Assembly: GCA_963823655.1 (NCBI GenBank)
Contig: CAWGMK010000005.1
Coordinates: 1-64,000, forward strand
DNA length: 64,000 nt
Reading direction: 5' to 3'
Source: an uncultured Bacillota bacterium
Lineage (GTDB): Bacteria > Bacillota > DTU025 > MWDF01
The notes under the pieces were generated by a model. It was not told the DNA's origin and did not search any database. It saw only the letters and a list, made by a program, of their open reading frames with translations. This document shows, piece after piece, positions 10,450 through 21,493 of this stretch (its first letter is position 1; every line of letters begins with the position of its first letter). The translations under genes were made by a program, and so were the position numbers.

Positions 10450-12108
10450 ATGATGAAGAAAAGCAGCAAAATGGCCTATGTGGCAATGGCACTTGCCTGT
10501 CTGGTGCTAATTGTTGGAGGAGGCGGCATCGCGGCTGAGGACGCGGCGCTAACGCCGGCCCAGGAATATGCAGTGAAAGCAGCGTTGAACAATAAGGCGC
10601 TAACTGTGGATATAGCGTCCAAGCTTGCATCGTTCAACGAAGTAGGCCTTGCGGAATATAAGTCCTACGTATTGGTTTCGGGCATCCTCATGGATGCGGG
10701 TTTCAAAGTCGACCAGTCGGCCGCCGACATCCCTACTGCCATAGTGGCGTCATGGGGCTCGGGCAAGCCGGTTGTAGGAATATATGAAGATTACGACGCG
10801 CTTCCCAATGTGGGATCCGGTTGCGGCCACAACCTGAATACGGCGGCCGGCGTATCGGCAGCCATCGCAATCAAAGATACGATGAAGCAATTCGGCCTTA
10901 AAGGCACAATAAAGCTCTTCATAACCCCTGCTGAGGAAATATGGGACGTAGCCCCCGTCGTGGCCGGAGCCGGCTTCTACAACGACCTGGACGTGCTCAT
11001 AAGCGTCCATGCAGGATCGGACAATGTGTCGGAGTACGGCAGCACGATGGCGATGGACCATGTGGAATACAAGTTCAAGGGCCTGGCGGCGCACTCGTCG
11101 GCAGCCCCTGAGAAGGGCAAGAGCGCCCTTGACGCGGTTGAGCTCATGAACATAGGCGTCAACTTCCTGCGCGAGCACCTGATCCAGGAGATGAGGATAC
11201 ATTACGTAATAACCGACGGCGGCGCTGCCCCCAACATAGTGCCCGCAACCGCCGCAAGCCGCTACTTCATACGCGGCCCGAAGTACCCCGATGTCATCTA
11301 CGCAAGGCAGCGCATCGACGAGATAGCCAAAGGCGCGGCGATGATGGCAGGAGTCGAACTTGAAATAGGGTTCAGCTCCGGGATCTATAACAAGATCGGC
11401 AACAAGACCCTGGCGTTGCTTGCGATGGACACATTCAAGGCAGTCGGCGCGACCACCTATACCGATGCACAGAAGGCAGAGATGGCCCAGCTGGGAGTCA
11501 AGGGCGTTCCGACGACCGACTTCAAGGAGCCTTCAGGAAGCCAGAGCTTCGGCTCCAACCCCATCGGGGACGTGACCTGGAAGACCCCGACCACCACGAT
11601 TACTGTGGCCACATGGGCGCCCGGCACGGCGGGACACTCCTCTGACTCGGCCCTGCAGTCATGCTCGGTATATGGGTTAGACGGGGCGGTCACCGGATCG
11701 AAAGTACTCGCGGCCCTTGCAGTGAAGCTTATGACAGACAGCGAAGCGCTTGCGTCGGTGAAGAAGGAATTCGATGAGAAGATGAAGGGAATGCCCGAGT
11801 ATGTCGGCAAGGCCATGATACCTGAAGTGGCATACGCGGTGGCTCCCGGAATCGTAGCGAATGCGACGCCCGCTTTCGTAAAAGTAAGCAAAGACCTTAC
11901 CGCATTCGAGGAAAAGACGGGGGACAAGCTGGTAATAAGCACGATGGCCGGCGTAGTCCTCGCAGAGTATACATGGGGCAAGGACATCCCGAGCGAACTG
12001 GAGATCGACCTGGTAATACCGCTTAAATACGGCACAAGGCTCAAGCTCTCCTATACCAATACCGCGAAGGGATATACATGGTTCTACGGCTATGTCTATG
12101 CCAAGTAG
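10450..12108 (+). CDS. M20 amidohydrolase (AbgB-like) with N-terminal signal peptide and C-terminal extension
   Basis: MMKKSSK plus hydrophobic stretch plus GIAA; YDAL, GCGHN, PAEE, KSALDAVELMN...LREH, IGDVTW..PT. Confidence 0.82.
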   Translation: MMKKSSKMAYVAMALACLVLIVGGGGIAAEDAALTPAQEYAVKAALNNKALTVDIASKLASFNEVGLAEYKSYVLVSGILMDAGFKVDQSAADIPTAIVASWGSGKPVVGIYEDYDALPNVGSGCGHNLNTAAGVSAAIAIKDTMKQFGLKGTIKLFITPAEEIWDVAPVVAGAGFYNDLDVLISVHAGSDNVSEYGSTMAMDHVEYKFKGLAAHSSAAPEKGKSALDAVELMNIGVNFLREHLIQEMRIHYVITDGGAAPNIVPATAASRYFIRGPKYPDVIYARQRIDEIAKGAAMMAGVELEIGFSSGIYNKIGNKTLALLAMDTFKAVGATTYTDAQKAEMAQLGVKGVPTTDFKEPSGSQSFGSNPIGDVTWKTPTTTITVATWAPGTAGHSSDSALQSCSVYGLDGAVTGSKVLAALAVKLMTDSEALASVKKEFDEKMKGMPEYVGKAMIPEVAYAVAPGIVANATPAFVKVSKDLTAFEEKTGDKLVISTMAGVVLAEYTWGKDIPSELEIDLVIPLKYGTRLKLSYTNTAKGYTWFYGYVYAK

Positions 12109-12128
12109 ATAGAAGCAATATGGCGCGG

Positions 12129-12157
12129 AAGGGGTCGGTTGATGCCGGCCCCTTTTT
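12129..12157 (+). terminator. Intrinsic terminator
   Basis: AAGGGGTCGGT-tgat-GCCGGCCCCTT followed by a T-tract. Confidence 0.75.
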
Positions 12158-12226
12158 CATGTAACAAAACCACCGTTCATTCACATATAGTTATATTATA
12201 TTGAGATCAAAAACTTGGAGGCTGAC

Positions 12227-12496
12227 ATGGGCGTACACGATCTGCAGATAAAAGTGCTGGAGTGCAAGGGCAAATGCCCGCTTGGGCACGTTGCGGGAGA
12301 CACTTTCACGATCAAGGGCGGAGTCGCGCCTGCCGGGCTTTGCATGACGGCCCTGTCTGCCCTAATCCCGGGGATATCGGTCCTGATGCTGGGAGGCAGC
12401 TTCCCATGGGAGGCGGATCCTGAATGCACGACAAGATCCTGCCAGGATTATAAGAACGCGGTCATATTCGAGATAAGAAGGCTGCCCAATCCATAA
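12227..12496 (+). CDS. TIGR04076-family small Cys-rich protein
   Basis: KGKCPLGH..GD.F, GLC..A, GGSFPW, CQD...VIFEI.R. Confidence 0.75.
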   Translation: MGVHDLQIKVLECKGKCPLGHVAGDTFTIKGGVAPAGLCMTALSALIPGISVLMLGGSFPWEADPECTTRSCQDYKNAVIFEIRRLPNP

Positions 12497-12529
12497 ATAT
12501 CGGCGGCTGATTGCAGGAGGGCCGAGTTT

Positions 12530-14182
12530 TTGTCCATCACCGTTGCGGAGGCTTTGAAAATCGGTGCTCTCAGGCAGTGCAAACTGCTTGCAGGCTCACG
12601 CAGTACGGACAACATAATCAACTTCGTAGACAGCATGGAAGTGCCCGACATCACTCCGTGGCTTAAAAGCAATGAGCTCCTAGTTACTACCGGCTACTCG
12701 ATAAAAGACGACCATGACGCACTTGTGCGGCTCATAGAAAGCCTCAAGCAGGTCAAAGCTGCGGGCCTTGCCATCAAGTCCCGCTACATGGGCCAGATAC
12801 CGCAGGACATCATCAAACTGGCTGAAAAGCTCAGCCTTCCTCTGATAGAGATCCCCGAGGATGTTCCGTTCATCCAGATCACCCACCCGCTGATGAAGGC
12901 CATCGCCAGCAGGCAGACCTGCAATCTGGAATTCTCGGAGTCGGTCCACAGGGAGCTTACGAAAGTAGAGCTTGAAGGCAACGGATTCGAAGATATCGCG
13001 AAAACCCTATATGGGCTGATAGGAAACGCCGTGCTCATCACAGACAGGTACTTCAAGATCCTTGCCGTCTCCGGGCCGATATCGGCAGATGAGCTTCCGG
13101 CCGAGCCCTTTCCTGATGGGAAGGATATTGGGCGTAAGCTGAAGATACCTTATCCCAAGAGCTTTGAGATGCAGATGGCAAACGGCACCGAAAGGATGAA
13201 GATCGAGGGGTGCAGTTGGTCCTTCTGTTACAGGCCTGCGAGGGCGAAGGACAAGGTTTATGGCTTCATCTTCGCAATCGAGCACGACAAGCACCTGAAG
13301 GATCTCGAACTGATAGCGCTTGAGCACGCCACTACAACGACATGCCTGGAGTTTGTGAAGCAGGAGCTCGTCTCAGAGCAGCTCAGGATGGTGGAGCACG
13401 ACTTCTTCGCCGACCTTCTGCTGGGTACGGTGCAGGACAAGCTCGATGCGCAGCACAGGGCGAAGCTTCTGGGATGGCCGCAAAGCCCGTGGTCCATGAT
13501 AATCGTGGACATCGATGATTTCTCTGCCAGGATAAGCGATATGGACGAGGCTTCCATACAGGCGCTGAAGGAAGAGGTCAAGGATATAATGCTCTTCGCC
13601 CTCGCCGATATAAGGGATTCGTTCGTGCTGCTTTCCATGAGCGACAGCTTCATATTCCTCTTCTCGGAGAAGGCGGTAAAGGGCGAGCGGACATTCGAAA
13701 AGCTGATCAGTGCCGCGAAGAAGAGGGTGTTGGACCAGAAAGGGTTCTCCATGTCAGCCGGCATATCCAACAACATCGACGGAGTAATGGGCATACCCGA
13801 GGGCCACAAGCAGGCGCAGACTGCGCTCAAAATAGCAAGGCTCGTTAACGGGGCCGGCAGCGTGGGCCATTTTGGGCGGCTTGCATTGGAAAGGGCTTTG
13901 CTGGACCTCTCCGGCAGCGAATCTTTCAGGCAATATTACAAATCCGTGCTCGGAAAGATCGCGAAATATGATGAAGAGAACGACGGGGAACTTATGAAGA
14001 GCCTAAGGGCCCTGATAGATAACATGGGAATGAAAAGCCAAGCTGCACAGGCACTATATATCCACCGCAATACTCTGTCCTACAGGATAAAGCAGATAGA
14101 AACAATGTCAGGGCTGGATCTTTCCCGCGCCGGGGACCTTACCGCCCTTGCGATACTCCTCAAAGTCAAACCTTTCGTTTAA
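12530..14182 (+). CDS. PucR-family transcriptional regulator
   Basis: SMEVPDITPWLKSNELLVTTGY; C-terminal HTH AQALYIHRNTLSYRI. Confidence 0.9.
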   Translation: MSITVAEALKIGALRQCKLLAGSRSTDNIINFVDSMEVPDITPWLKSNELLVTTGYSIKDDHDALVRLIESLKQVKAAGLAIKSRYMGQIPQDIIKLAEKLSLPLIEIPEDVPFIQITHPLMKAIASRQTCNLEFSESVHRELTKVELEGNGFEDIAKTLYGLIGNAVLITDRYFKILAVSGPISADELPAEPFPDGKDIGRKLKIPYPKSFEMQMANGTERMKIEGCSWSFCYRPARAKDKVYGFIFAIEHDKHLKDLELIALEHATTTTCLEFVKQELVSEQLRMVEHDFFADLLLGTVQDKLDAQHRAKLLGWPQSPWSMIIVDIDDFSARISDMDEASIQALKEEVKDIMLFALADIRDSFVLLSMSDSFIFLFSEKAVKGERTFEKLISAAKKRVLDQKGFSMSAGISNNIDGVMGIPEGHKQAQTALKIARLVNGAGSVGHFGRLALERALLDLSGSESFRQYYKSVLGKIAKYDEENDGELMKSLRALIDNMGMKSQAAQALYIHRNTLSYRIKQIETMSGLDLSRAGDLTALAILLKVKPFV

Positions 14183-14183
14183 C

Positions 14184-14198
14184 TGTGCATATTGCACA
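14184..14198. promoter_or_regulatory. Palindromic operator, probable PucR/CdaR-family binding site
   Basis: Perfect palindrome TGTGCA-TAT-TGCACA between the PucR gene and the downstream operon. Confidence 0.6.
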
Positions 14199-14340
14199 AG
14201 AAACTCACATGTGATTTGTTCGTCGTAAATATAGGGATGCATCGTGCCCCCAACGAAATGTTAGGGCAAGGTTAGTAATGCTATCCATTTTCATTGTGAA
14301 GATGCCTTAACAGACCAAGAAGGACGAGGAGGAAGAGCAG

Positions 14341-15465
14341 ATGATGAAAACGAAGCTTACGGCTCTGGCGATGATATTCGTGTTTATGGCCACCATGGTG
14401 CCTATGGTAGTCGGCGCCGATCCGATAAAGATCGGAGTGTTCGGGCCTATGACTGGGACCATGTCGATCGGCGGCACCCGTCAGAAGGAAGGGTCGCAGT
14501 TTGCGGCCGACGAGATCAATGCGGCAGGAGGGCTTCTCGGCCACCAGCTCCAGATGATCTATGAGGATACCGAGGGCGTACCGCAGAACGCAGTGAACAT
14601 CATGAACAAGTTCCTGTACAAGGACAGAGTGACTGCAACCATGGGATCCAACAACAGCCCCGAGGTCCTTGCGGTCCTGGACCTGATCCTAAGAGGGGAG
14701 ACCCCCCATATCGTACCCAGCGGAGTCGCCTATGCCATCACTCATTCGGGCAATCCGTGGGTCTTCAAAATCGTACCCACCGACGAGCTGTTCTCGAAGG
14801 CGCTTGTTGAGCACGCAGTCAAAGTGCTGGGCCTCAAGAGGTTCGCAATCCTTCATGACACCAATGACTACGGCCAGGGCGGCAAGAACATGGTAGTCGA
14901 GAACCTGAAGAAGAACGGCCTTGAGCCGGTCCTGGTAGAAGGCTATAACACAGGCACCAAGGACTTCTCACCCCAGCTTCTGAAGACGAGAGAAGCGAAA
15001 GCCGATGCGATAATCCTCTGGGGCAACTACACGGAAGGCGCCCAGATCGTGCGCCAGTCCAAGGAATTGGCCCTTACAAGCAAGCTGCTGGTTTCCACCG
15101 GAGTTACAATCGGCAACTTCTATGATCTGGCAGGGGACGCTTCAAACGGCATATTCGGCGTTTCGCCCGGCTTCAGCCTTGAGAGCAAGGAGCAGCACGT
15201 GCAGGACTTCATAAAGAAGTATGAAGCCAAGATGGGCTACAAGCCCGACCTCAACGTCGTAATGGGTTACGATGCCGTGTATCTCTTCGCCAAGGCCGTC
15301 AATGATGCCAAGAGCGTCGAGAAGCCCGCAATACGCGAGGCCCTGGCCAAGGTCAAGGACCTTCAGCTGATAAGCGGCAAGGTCTCCATCAACGCCAACG
15401 GCGACGGCGGAACCAAGACCCTCATCTACGTAGTACAGGATAAGAAGCCCAAGATCGTCCAGTAG
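14341..15465 (+). CDS. Branched-chain amino acid ABC substrate-binding protein
   Basis: Signal peptide; IKIGVFGPMTG, DEINAAGGLLG, DYG, KDFSPQL, GYDAV. Confidence 0.9.
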   Translation: MMKTKLTALAMIFVFMATMVPMVVGADPIKIGVFGPMTGTMSIGGTRQKEGSQFAADEINAAGGLLGHQLQMIYEDTEGVPQNAVNIMNKFLYKDRVTATMGSNNSPEVLAVLDLILRGETPHIVPSGVAYAITHSGNPWVFKIVPTDELFSKALVEHAVKVLGLKRFAILHDTNDYGQGGKNMVVENLKKNGLEPVLVEGYNTGTKDFSPQLLKTREAKADAIILWGNYTEGAQIVRQSKELALTSKLLVSTGVTIGNFYDLAGDASNGIFGVSPGFSLESKEQHVQDFIKKYEAKMGYKPDLNVVMGYDAVYLFAKAVNDAKSVEKPAIREALAKVKDLQLISGKVSINANGDGGTKTLIYVVQDKKPKIVQ

Positions 15466-15532
15466 AAAGCTTTTTATCAATGACCGGCCGGGCTGCCGGC
15501 AAGGCGGCCCGGCCATTTTCGGAGGTATTGCG

Positions 15533-15952
15533 GTGAAAAAACTGGCCATAAATTCAGCAAGGCAATGCGTAGGGTGCAGACAGTGCGAGCTGGCCTGCAG
15601 CCTTGTGCATGAAGGCAGTTTCGCGCCCTGGCTGTCCAGGGTGAAGGTCGAAAGGAAGGAGGACATCGTGTTCTCCTCGCCAATTATCTGCAGGCATTGC
15701 CCCGATGTGCCGTGCGCGGCCGCGTGTCCCGTCGATGCCATAATCAAATCGGAAGCTACAGGCGCCTATTACGTCGACAACCGTCTTTGTATAGGCTGCC
15801 TTCAATGCATAGAGGCGTGCCCGCACGGGGCGATCTTCTTCAACAACGCCAAAGGGGTGGCCCTGAAATGCGACATGTGCGGAGGCGACCCGGCCTGCGT
15901 CAAAGCCTGCCCCGCCTATGTGATCATCGAGGAGGTCGATGCAGATGCCTAG
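15533..15952 (+). CDS. 4Fe-4S dicluster protein (AOR electron-transfer subunit)
   Basis: Four Cys clusters: CVGCRQCELAC, CRHC..PCAAACP, CIGCLQCIEACP, KCDMC..DPACVKACP. Confidence 0.9.
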   Translation: MKKLAINSARQCVGCRQCELACSLVHEGSFAPWLSRVKVERKEDIVFSSPIICRHCPDVPCAAACPVDAIIKSEATGAYYVDNRLCIGCLQCIEACPHGAIFFNNAKGVALKCDMCGGDPACVKACPAYVIIEEVDADA

Positions 15953-17833
15953 GTTATCACAGACGAAGGCCCTTCACATCGACCTAAGCACAAAGAGGCA
16001 CTGGGTAGAGGTTTTCGAAGAAGCTGACGTAAAGAAATACTTAGGTTCCAGGGGCCTTGCTTCATACATCCTCTCCCGGGACATCCCCAAGGGATGCGAC
16101 CCTTTGGGAGAGGGCAACATCCTCGTTATTGCGCCCGGACTGCTGACGGGCACTTCGGCCCCCACGGCCGGAAGGACCGTAGTAGAGGGCAAAAGCCCTG
16201 CCACAGGCACTTTCATCAAGTCCAGCATGGGAGGCCATTGGGGCGCCGAGTTCCATTACACCGGCTATGACATGCTCGTCCTTCACGGCAAATCGGACGA
16301 ATGGGTTAATTTGGTCATAACCGACAGCACGGTCAGGTTCATGCCTGCCGACAGCTATGTCGGGCTTGATACAAGGCAGACGACCATGAAGCTGATGGAA
16401 GAGGTCAAGATGCCGGGGCTGTCCGTCGCATGCATCGGTCCTGCCGGCGAAAACCTCGTGAAGCTGGCCGAAATCATGTGCGACATCTACCACACCGCGG
16501 CAAGGGGCGGCCTGGGTGCCGTGATGGGCTCCAAGAAGCTCAAGGCCATCGGGACTACCGGAAGGACGGCGCTGGACCTGGCGGACGCGAAGGCATTCTC
16601 GCAGGTGGCCGAGCAGGCGCGCCAATCCATCATTCGAACGGCAGGTGCCAATTCTATAAGGAATACGGCACGGCCGGCGTCATAATGAGCGTAAACGAAT
16701 CAAAGGCCCTTCCGAATGAGAACTTCAAGAAGGGGTATCTGAGCGATGCCTATCAGATAAGCGGCCAATGCCTTACGGAGCAGGGCTATCTCGTCAGGAG
16801 GGAATCGTGCTTCGCGTGCAACATCTCCTGCAAGAGGTACACACAGACCAAGGACAAGTACCTCGGCAGCGCTGCAGGCGGCCCCGAATACGAAAACCTT
16901 GGCTCACTAGGAGCTGCCACGCTCGTCGTTGATATGGACGCCAACCTCAGGGCCAATGAGCTTTGCAATATAATGGGACTTGATGCCATCTCGGCGGGAA
17001 GCTCTATCGCTTGGGCGATGGAGACTGCGGCACACGGCCTCATACCCGACACTTTCGAGGACCCTGAAACCAAAAAGCTGATCAAACTGGAATGGGGAAA
17101 CCCCGAGGCATTGCTCGCCCTGATAGTGATGATCGCGAAGAGGCAAGGGTTGGGTGACCTTCTTGCCGAGGGAGTGAGAAGCGCATCCAAAGAGGTGGGC
17201 GGAGACTCCTGGAAGTGGGCGGTGCAGGCAAAGGGCCTGGAGCAGTCCAATGTGGAGACCAGGAACGCGAAGGCTTACGCGCTTGCCTTTGCGACCAACC
17301 CCAGAGGGCCGGACCACCTTTACGGCCAGCCGATGGCGGAGTTCGGCTTCTCGCCTGAAGGCCGCGCCTTGATAAAGAAGCTGACAGGTGATGAGAAGAA
17401 CGCGGTGCCCACCATTACGGCCTTTAAGCCGGAGGTCGTCAAGTGGCATGAGAACTGCTTTGCGATGACAGATGCCATGGGGTTGTGCTCAAGGGCTACG
17501 CTGTCGACGTATGCGATAACAATAGAGATGATGGCAAGGATGTTCGAGGCATCCACAGGCATCCCGATGAGCGAGGAAGAGTTCGAACTTGCAGCAGAGC
17601 GGATCATAACCCTTGAGAGGGCCTGCAATGTGCGCGAGGGGTTCGACAGGAGCGGGGATAAGCTCCCGTACAGGATAATGAATGAGCCCGTGGAGAATCC
17701 GGATGGCTCCGCCTCCGTCAACTCCGCCGAGGAGATGGGCGCGATGCTCGACAGATATTACGAGCTCAGAGGATGGAGCAACGACGGCAAGCCCCTTAAG
17801 TCCACTTTGGATGCTCTTGGGCTCGGGTTCTAG
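15945..17833 (+). CDS. Aldehyde:ferredoxin oxidoreductase-family (W/Mo-pterin) protein, one frameshift near 16635
   Basis: YLGSRGL, KSPATG, CIGPAGENLV, ARGGLGAVMGSKKLKAI, SCFACNISC, GPEYE, MGLDAIS, DAMGLC, YYELRGW. Confidence 0.88.
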
Positions 17834-17859
17834 AATTAGCGTAAGGAGGGTTACTCAAG

Positions 17860-18534
17860 ATGCCAATACGCATAGTCGGAGTATCGGCAAGCCCGCGGCA
17901 TGCGAATACCGAGCTGCTCGTGAAGACTGCGCTGGAAGCGGCCAAGATCAACGACGACGTCGAGACGGTGTTCGTATCCCTTGCCGGCAAGAAGATAGAA
18001 GGATGCCTCAACTGCAGAGGGTGCATTACGAAGGGCAAATGCGTCCTGAAGGACGACTGGGACGAGACCTTCAAACCCCTTATGGACCCCGTGCCAAACG
18101 GCGTCATAATCGGCGCCCCGGTATATTTCTTCAATATGAACTCGCAGGCCAGGGCCTACCTTGAGAGGACGACCTCCCTGTTGAAGGGGCTCTTCTTCAA
18201 AGAGGCGAAGCAGCTCCCGCCGGACTGGTCCAAGACCGCGGCAGCGGGCATATCCGTGGGCTACGACAGGAACGGCGGCCAGGAGCATGTTATCTCGTCG
18301 CTGACGCACTGGTTCCTCATCAACAACTTCGTTTGCGTGGGCGGATCCCACGTAGGCTACATAGGCGCGCCGGGCTGGCTGATGGACGAGGCCAGCAAGG
18401 ACTCGGTCGGAAAAGATCTTAAGGTAGGAATGGCATCGGCCAGGATAGTCGGGCGCAAAGTGGCGGAGACTGCGATGATGTTGAAATTGGGGGCCGAGGC
18501 CATGGAAGGCCTAAAGGGCCATGTCGGGGATTAA
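17860..18534 (+). CDS. Flavodoxin-family / iron-sulfur flavoprotein
   Basis: SASPR..NT, CLNCRGC.....C, GAPVYF, RNGGQE. Confidence 0.85.
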   Translation: MPIRIVGVSASPRHANTELLVKTALEAAKINDDVETVFVSLAGKKIEGCLNCRGCITKGKCVLKDDWDETFKPLMDPVPNGVIIGAPVYFFNMNSQARAYLERTTSLLKGLFFKEAKQLPPDWSKTAAAGISVGYDRNGGQEHVISSLTHWFLINNFVCVGGSHVGYIGAPGWLMDEASKDSVGKDLKVGMASARIVGRKVAETAMMLKLGAEAMEGLKGHVGD

Positions 18535-18799
18535 CATCCGGCTTAGCATATACGGGACCGGAAGCCCGAAGACAAAGGATGCGCCTTTCGAAGTCGGTGC
18601 GGGCGAAAGCGTGCTGGACTTGTTGGAGAGGCTGGATTCGATGGATATGCTGCCCAAAAGGTTCGGCAAGGAGAAGAGCTACCAGGATCTGCTGGTGTTC
18701 GTGAACCACAAGAATGTGGCAAGCGGCGTCGGCTTCAAGCAGAAGCTGTTTGAAGCTGAGGACAAAGTGCTTATCGTGCAGGCCGTGGCAGGCGGCTGA
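18521..18799 (+). CDS. MoaD/ThiS-family sulfur carrier
   Basis: 92 aa, LVFVN motif, C-terminal AVAGG. Confidence 0.85.
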   Translation: MSGINIRLSIYGTGSPKTKDAPFEVGAGESVLDLLERLDSMDMLPKRFGKEKSYQDLLVFVNHKNVASGVGFKQKLFEAEDKVLIVQAVAGG

Positions 18800-18813
18800 A
18801 ATCCATCTGAGGG

Positions 18814-19710
18814 GTGTTCTTATTGGGAATTAGCATAAGCGACCTACTGCAGGTGACCATAGGCGGCATCGCCATGGGAAGCATCTATGCGCTTATGGCG
18901 CTCGGATTCACCATAGTCTACAATGCGCTCAGGCTCATCAACTTCGCCCAGGGCGACTTCTTCATGCTGGGTGCCACTTTCGGGGTCACTTTCTTCGTGA
19001 CGCTGAACATCCCCTATCCCCTGTCGCTGATATTGGCGGCGACCGCAGTCGGGATAATCGGGATGATAGTCGAAAGAAGCGTATTCAGGCCATTGAGGAA
19101 TTACCCCGCCTTCAACCTTATAATCGCAACTATCGGAGTATCTATTACGATAAGGGCCATTGCGCTTCTTATATGGGGTTCACAGGCGCTGGCATTCCCC
19201 GCGGTCTTCGGGGACAAACCAATCAGGATAGGCCAGATAGTGATCATGCCGGCCTATCTCTGGATGCTCGGGATCGCCCTGGCATTCATAGTCCTTTTGC
19301 AGCTCTTCTTCACCCGCACGATATTGGGCAAAGCGATGAGGGCTGCGGCCCAGAACCGCAATGCGGCCTTCCTTATGGGCATAAACGTCTTCCACATGGA
19401 CGCGCTCGCTGCTGCGATAAGCGCAGGGCTTGGCGGGGTCGGCGGCATCCTGGTGGCGCCGATATTCTTCGCAGACACTTCTATGGGGGCGCTTGCGGGG
19501 CTCAAAGGCTTCGCGGCGGCAGTCCTCGGCGGTTTCGGCAGCATACCCGGCGCTATCGCAGGGGGCGTCATCCTCGGGCTCTCCGAGAACCTCTCGGCAA
19601 GCCTGATATCCTCCGCTTACAGGGACGCCGTCGCCTTCGTAATATTGATAGCAGTGCTCCTGCTTAAGCCCTCCGGCCTTCTGGGCAAGAAGGGCGGTAT
19701 AAAGGCATGA
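18814..19710 (+). CDS. livH: Branched-chain amino acid ABC permease (LivH-like)
   Basis: GIAMGSIYALMALG, INFAQG, GKAMRAAAQN, KGFAAAVLGG. Confidence 0.9.
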   Translation: MFLLGISISDLLQVTIGGIAMGSIYALMALGFTIVYNALRLINFAQGDFFMLGATFGVTFFVTLNIPYPLSLILAATAVGIIGMIVERSVFRPLRNYPAFNLIIATIGVSITIRAIALLIWGSQALAFPAVFGDKPIRIGQIVIMPAYLWMLGIALAFIVLLQLFFTRTILGKAMRAAAQNRNAAFLMGINVFHMDALAAAISAGLGGVGGILVAPIFFADTSMGALAGLKGFAAAVLGGFGSIPGAIAGGVILGLSENLSASLISSAYRDAVAFVILIAVLLLKPSGLLGKKGGIKA

Positions 19711-20670
19711 GGAAGCTGCTTACCACAATAGAGAGGTTCAAAGGGATATTGCTCCTGGCGCTTCTGATGAGCATGCCGCTGCTAGTGACCAATATCTATT
19801 ACCTGCATCTTCTTAACTACTCCCTGATTGCGATAATCCTAGTAATCGGACTTAACCTTCTTTCAGGTTATGCCGGGCAGATCTCAATAGGACATGCCGC
19901 CTTCTACGGCATGGGCGCCTATTTCTCAGCAGTCATGACGGTAACGTACAAGCAGTCGTTCTGGCTGGCGCTTCCTCTCTCGGGGCTGTTTCACAGCCGC
20001 AGTCGGGTTCGTGGTGGGCAAGGCCACGCTGAAGCTCAAAGGCGCATACCTGGCAGTCGCCTCAATCGGAATCGGCGTCATCACGCAGATGGTAATGACG
20101 AACTGGACCGCAGTTACGATGGGCGCGCAGGGCTTCAAGGGCATCAAATACCCGGTACTGCTGGGAATGAGGATAAACACCGACGCGGAGTATTACTACC
20201 TGCTGGCGGTTATTGTGGCGATCACATACTGGGCGGTCGGAAGGCTCATAGATTCCGAGATGGGAAGGGCACTCAGATCAATTCGCGAAGATGAAACGGC
20301 AGCGCAATTCATGGGCGTGGATGCCGGAAGGCTGAAAGTAACTGCCTTTGTGATCAGCACCTTCCTTGCAGGTATTGCGGGCAGCCTGCTCGCCCACCTG
20401 GAAGGCTACCTCTCCCCCTACAGCTTCGGCTTCACCCAATCGGTGGGCTTCCTTCTGATGGCCCTGGCAGGTGGCCTCGGCTACAAGCTTGGCCCTGTCA
20501 TCGGCGTCGTGGTATTGACGTTCGCAAGGGAGTACATCAGGTTTTTCAGCGATTATCAGCTGGTAATCTACGGACTCATGCTGATACTCATCATTGTCTT
20601 CATGCCAAGGGGTATATCCGGCTTCTTCTCAGCGGCTTTCGCAAAGCTTAGGAAGAGAGGGGGCGAGTGA
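19707..20670 (+). CDS. livM: Branched-chain amino acid ABC permease (LivM-like), one frameshift near 19990
   Basis: GYAGQISIGHAAF in the first ORF; GRALRSIREDE and MPRG in the second. Extra T in a TTT run. Confidence 0.85.
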
Positions 20671-20671
20671 T

Positions 20672-21493
20672 ATGGCTAAACCAATTCTGAAGATCGAGTC
20701 TTTGGTCAAACGTTTCGGGGGGCTCACCGCCCTCGACAAGCTCGACATGTCGGTAGAGGAAGGATCCATTCACGCCTGCATAGGCCCCAACGGATCCGGC
20801 AAGACCACATGCTTCAATGTAGTTACCGCGCTCTATAAGCCCGAAGAGGGGAAGATAGAGTTCGACGGGCACGATATCACGAACCTGCTGCCGCACCAGG
20901 TGGCCAGAAGGGGCATTGCGAGGACTTTCCAGACACTTCTTCTGTTCAAGGAGATGTCAGTGCTTGATAACGTGCTTGTTGGCACCCAGTGCAGATCAAA
21001 GTATTCGCTGAGCCAGAGCATCCTGGGAGGGGCGCAAAGGTGCAAGTGCGATTCGGAAATGCTGGGCAAGGCCGAAAGCCTGCTTGAGTTCATGGGCATT
21101 TCAGCTGATAGCGGCATGCTTGCGAAGAACCTCCCCTACGGGAAGCAGCGCCTTCTTGAAATCGCAAGGGCGCTCGGGACTTCACCGAAACTCATCCTGC
21201 TGGACGAACCTGCGGCAGGGATGAACCCTCATGAGACGATGAGCCTTGTCGAAAAGGTGAGGGAGATAAGGGATAAGCTTGGCATTACCGTCCTTTTGAT
21301 AGAGCACAATATGAACCTTGTTATGAACCTGGCGGAGAAAGTGACTGTGCTGGACTACGGTGCGAAGATATCGGAGGGGCTACCCAAGGATGTCGCGCGC
21401 GACGCCAAAGTCATAGAGGCCTATCTTGGACAGAGGGAACAGCGCAGGAACAGGGAGAAAAGAGGTGTGCCTTCGGGCGATCATGGCGCTTAA
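20672..21493 (+). CDS. livG: ABC ATP-binding protein (LivG-like)
   Basis: GPNGSGKTT, RTFQ, LPYG, DEPAAG, IEH. Confidence 0.9.
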   Translation: MAKPILKIESLVKRFGGLTALDKLDMSVEEGSIHACIGPNGSGKTTCFNVVTALYKPEEGKIEFDGHDITNLLPHQVARRGIARTFQTLLLFKEMSVLDNVLVGTQCRSKYSLSQSILGGAQRCKCDSEMLGKAESLLEFMGISADSGMLAKNLPYGKQRLLEIARALGTSPKLILLDEPAAGMNPHETMSLVEKVREIRDKLGITVLLIEHNMNLVMNLAEKVTVLDYGAKISEGLPKDVARDAKVIEAYLGQREQRRNREKRGVPSGDHGA

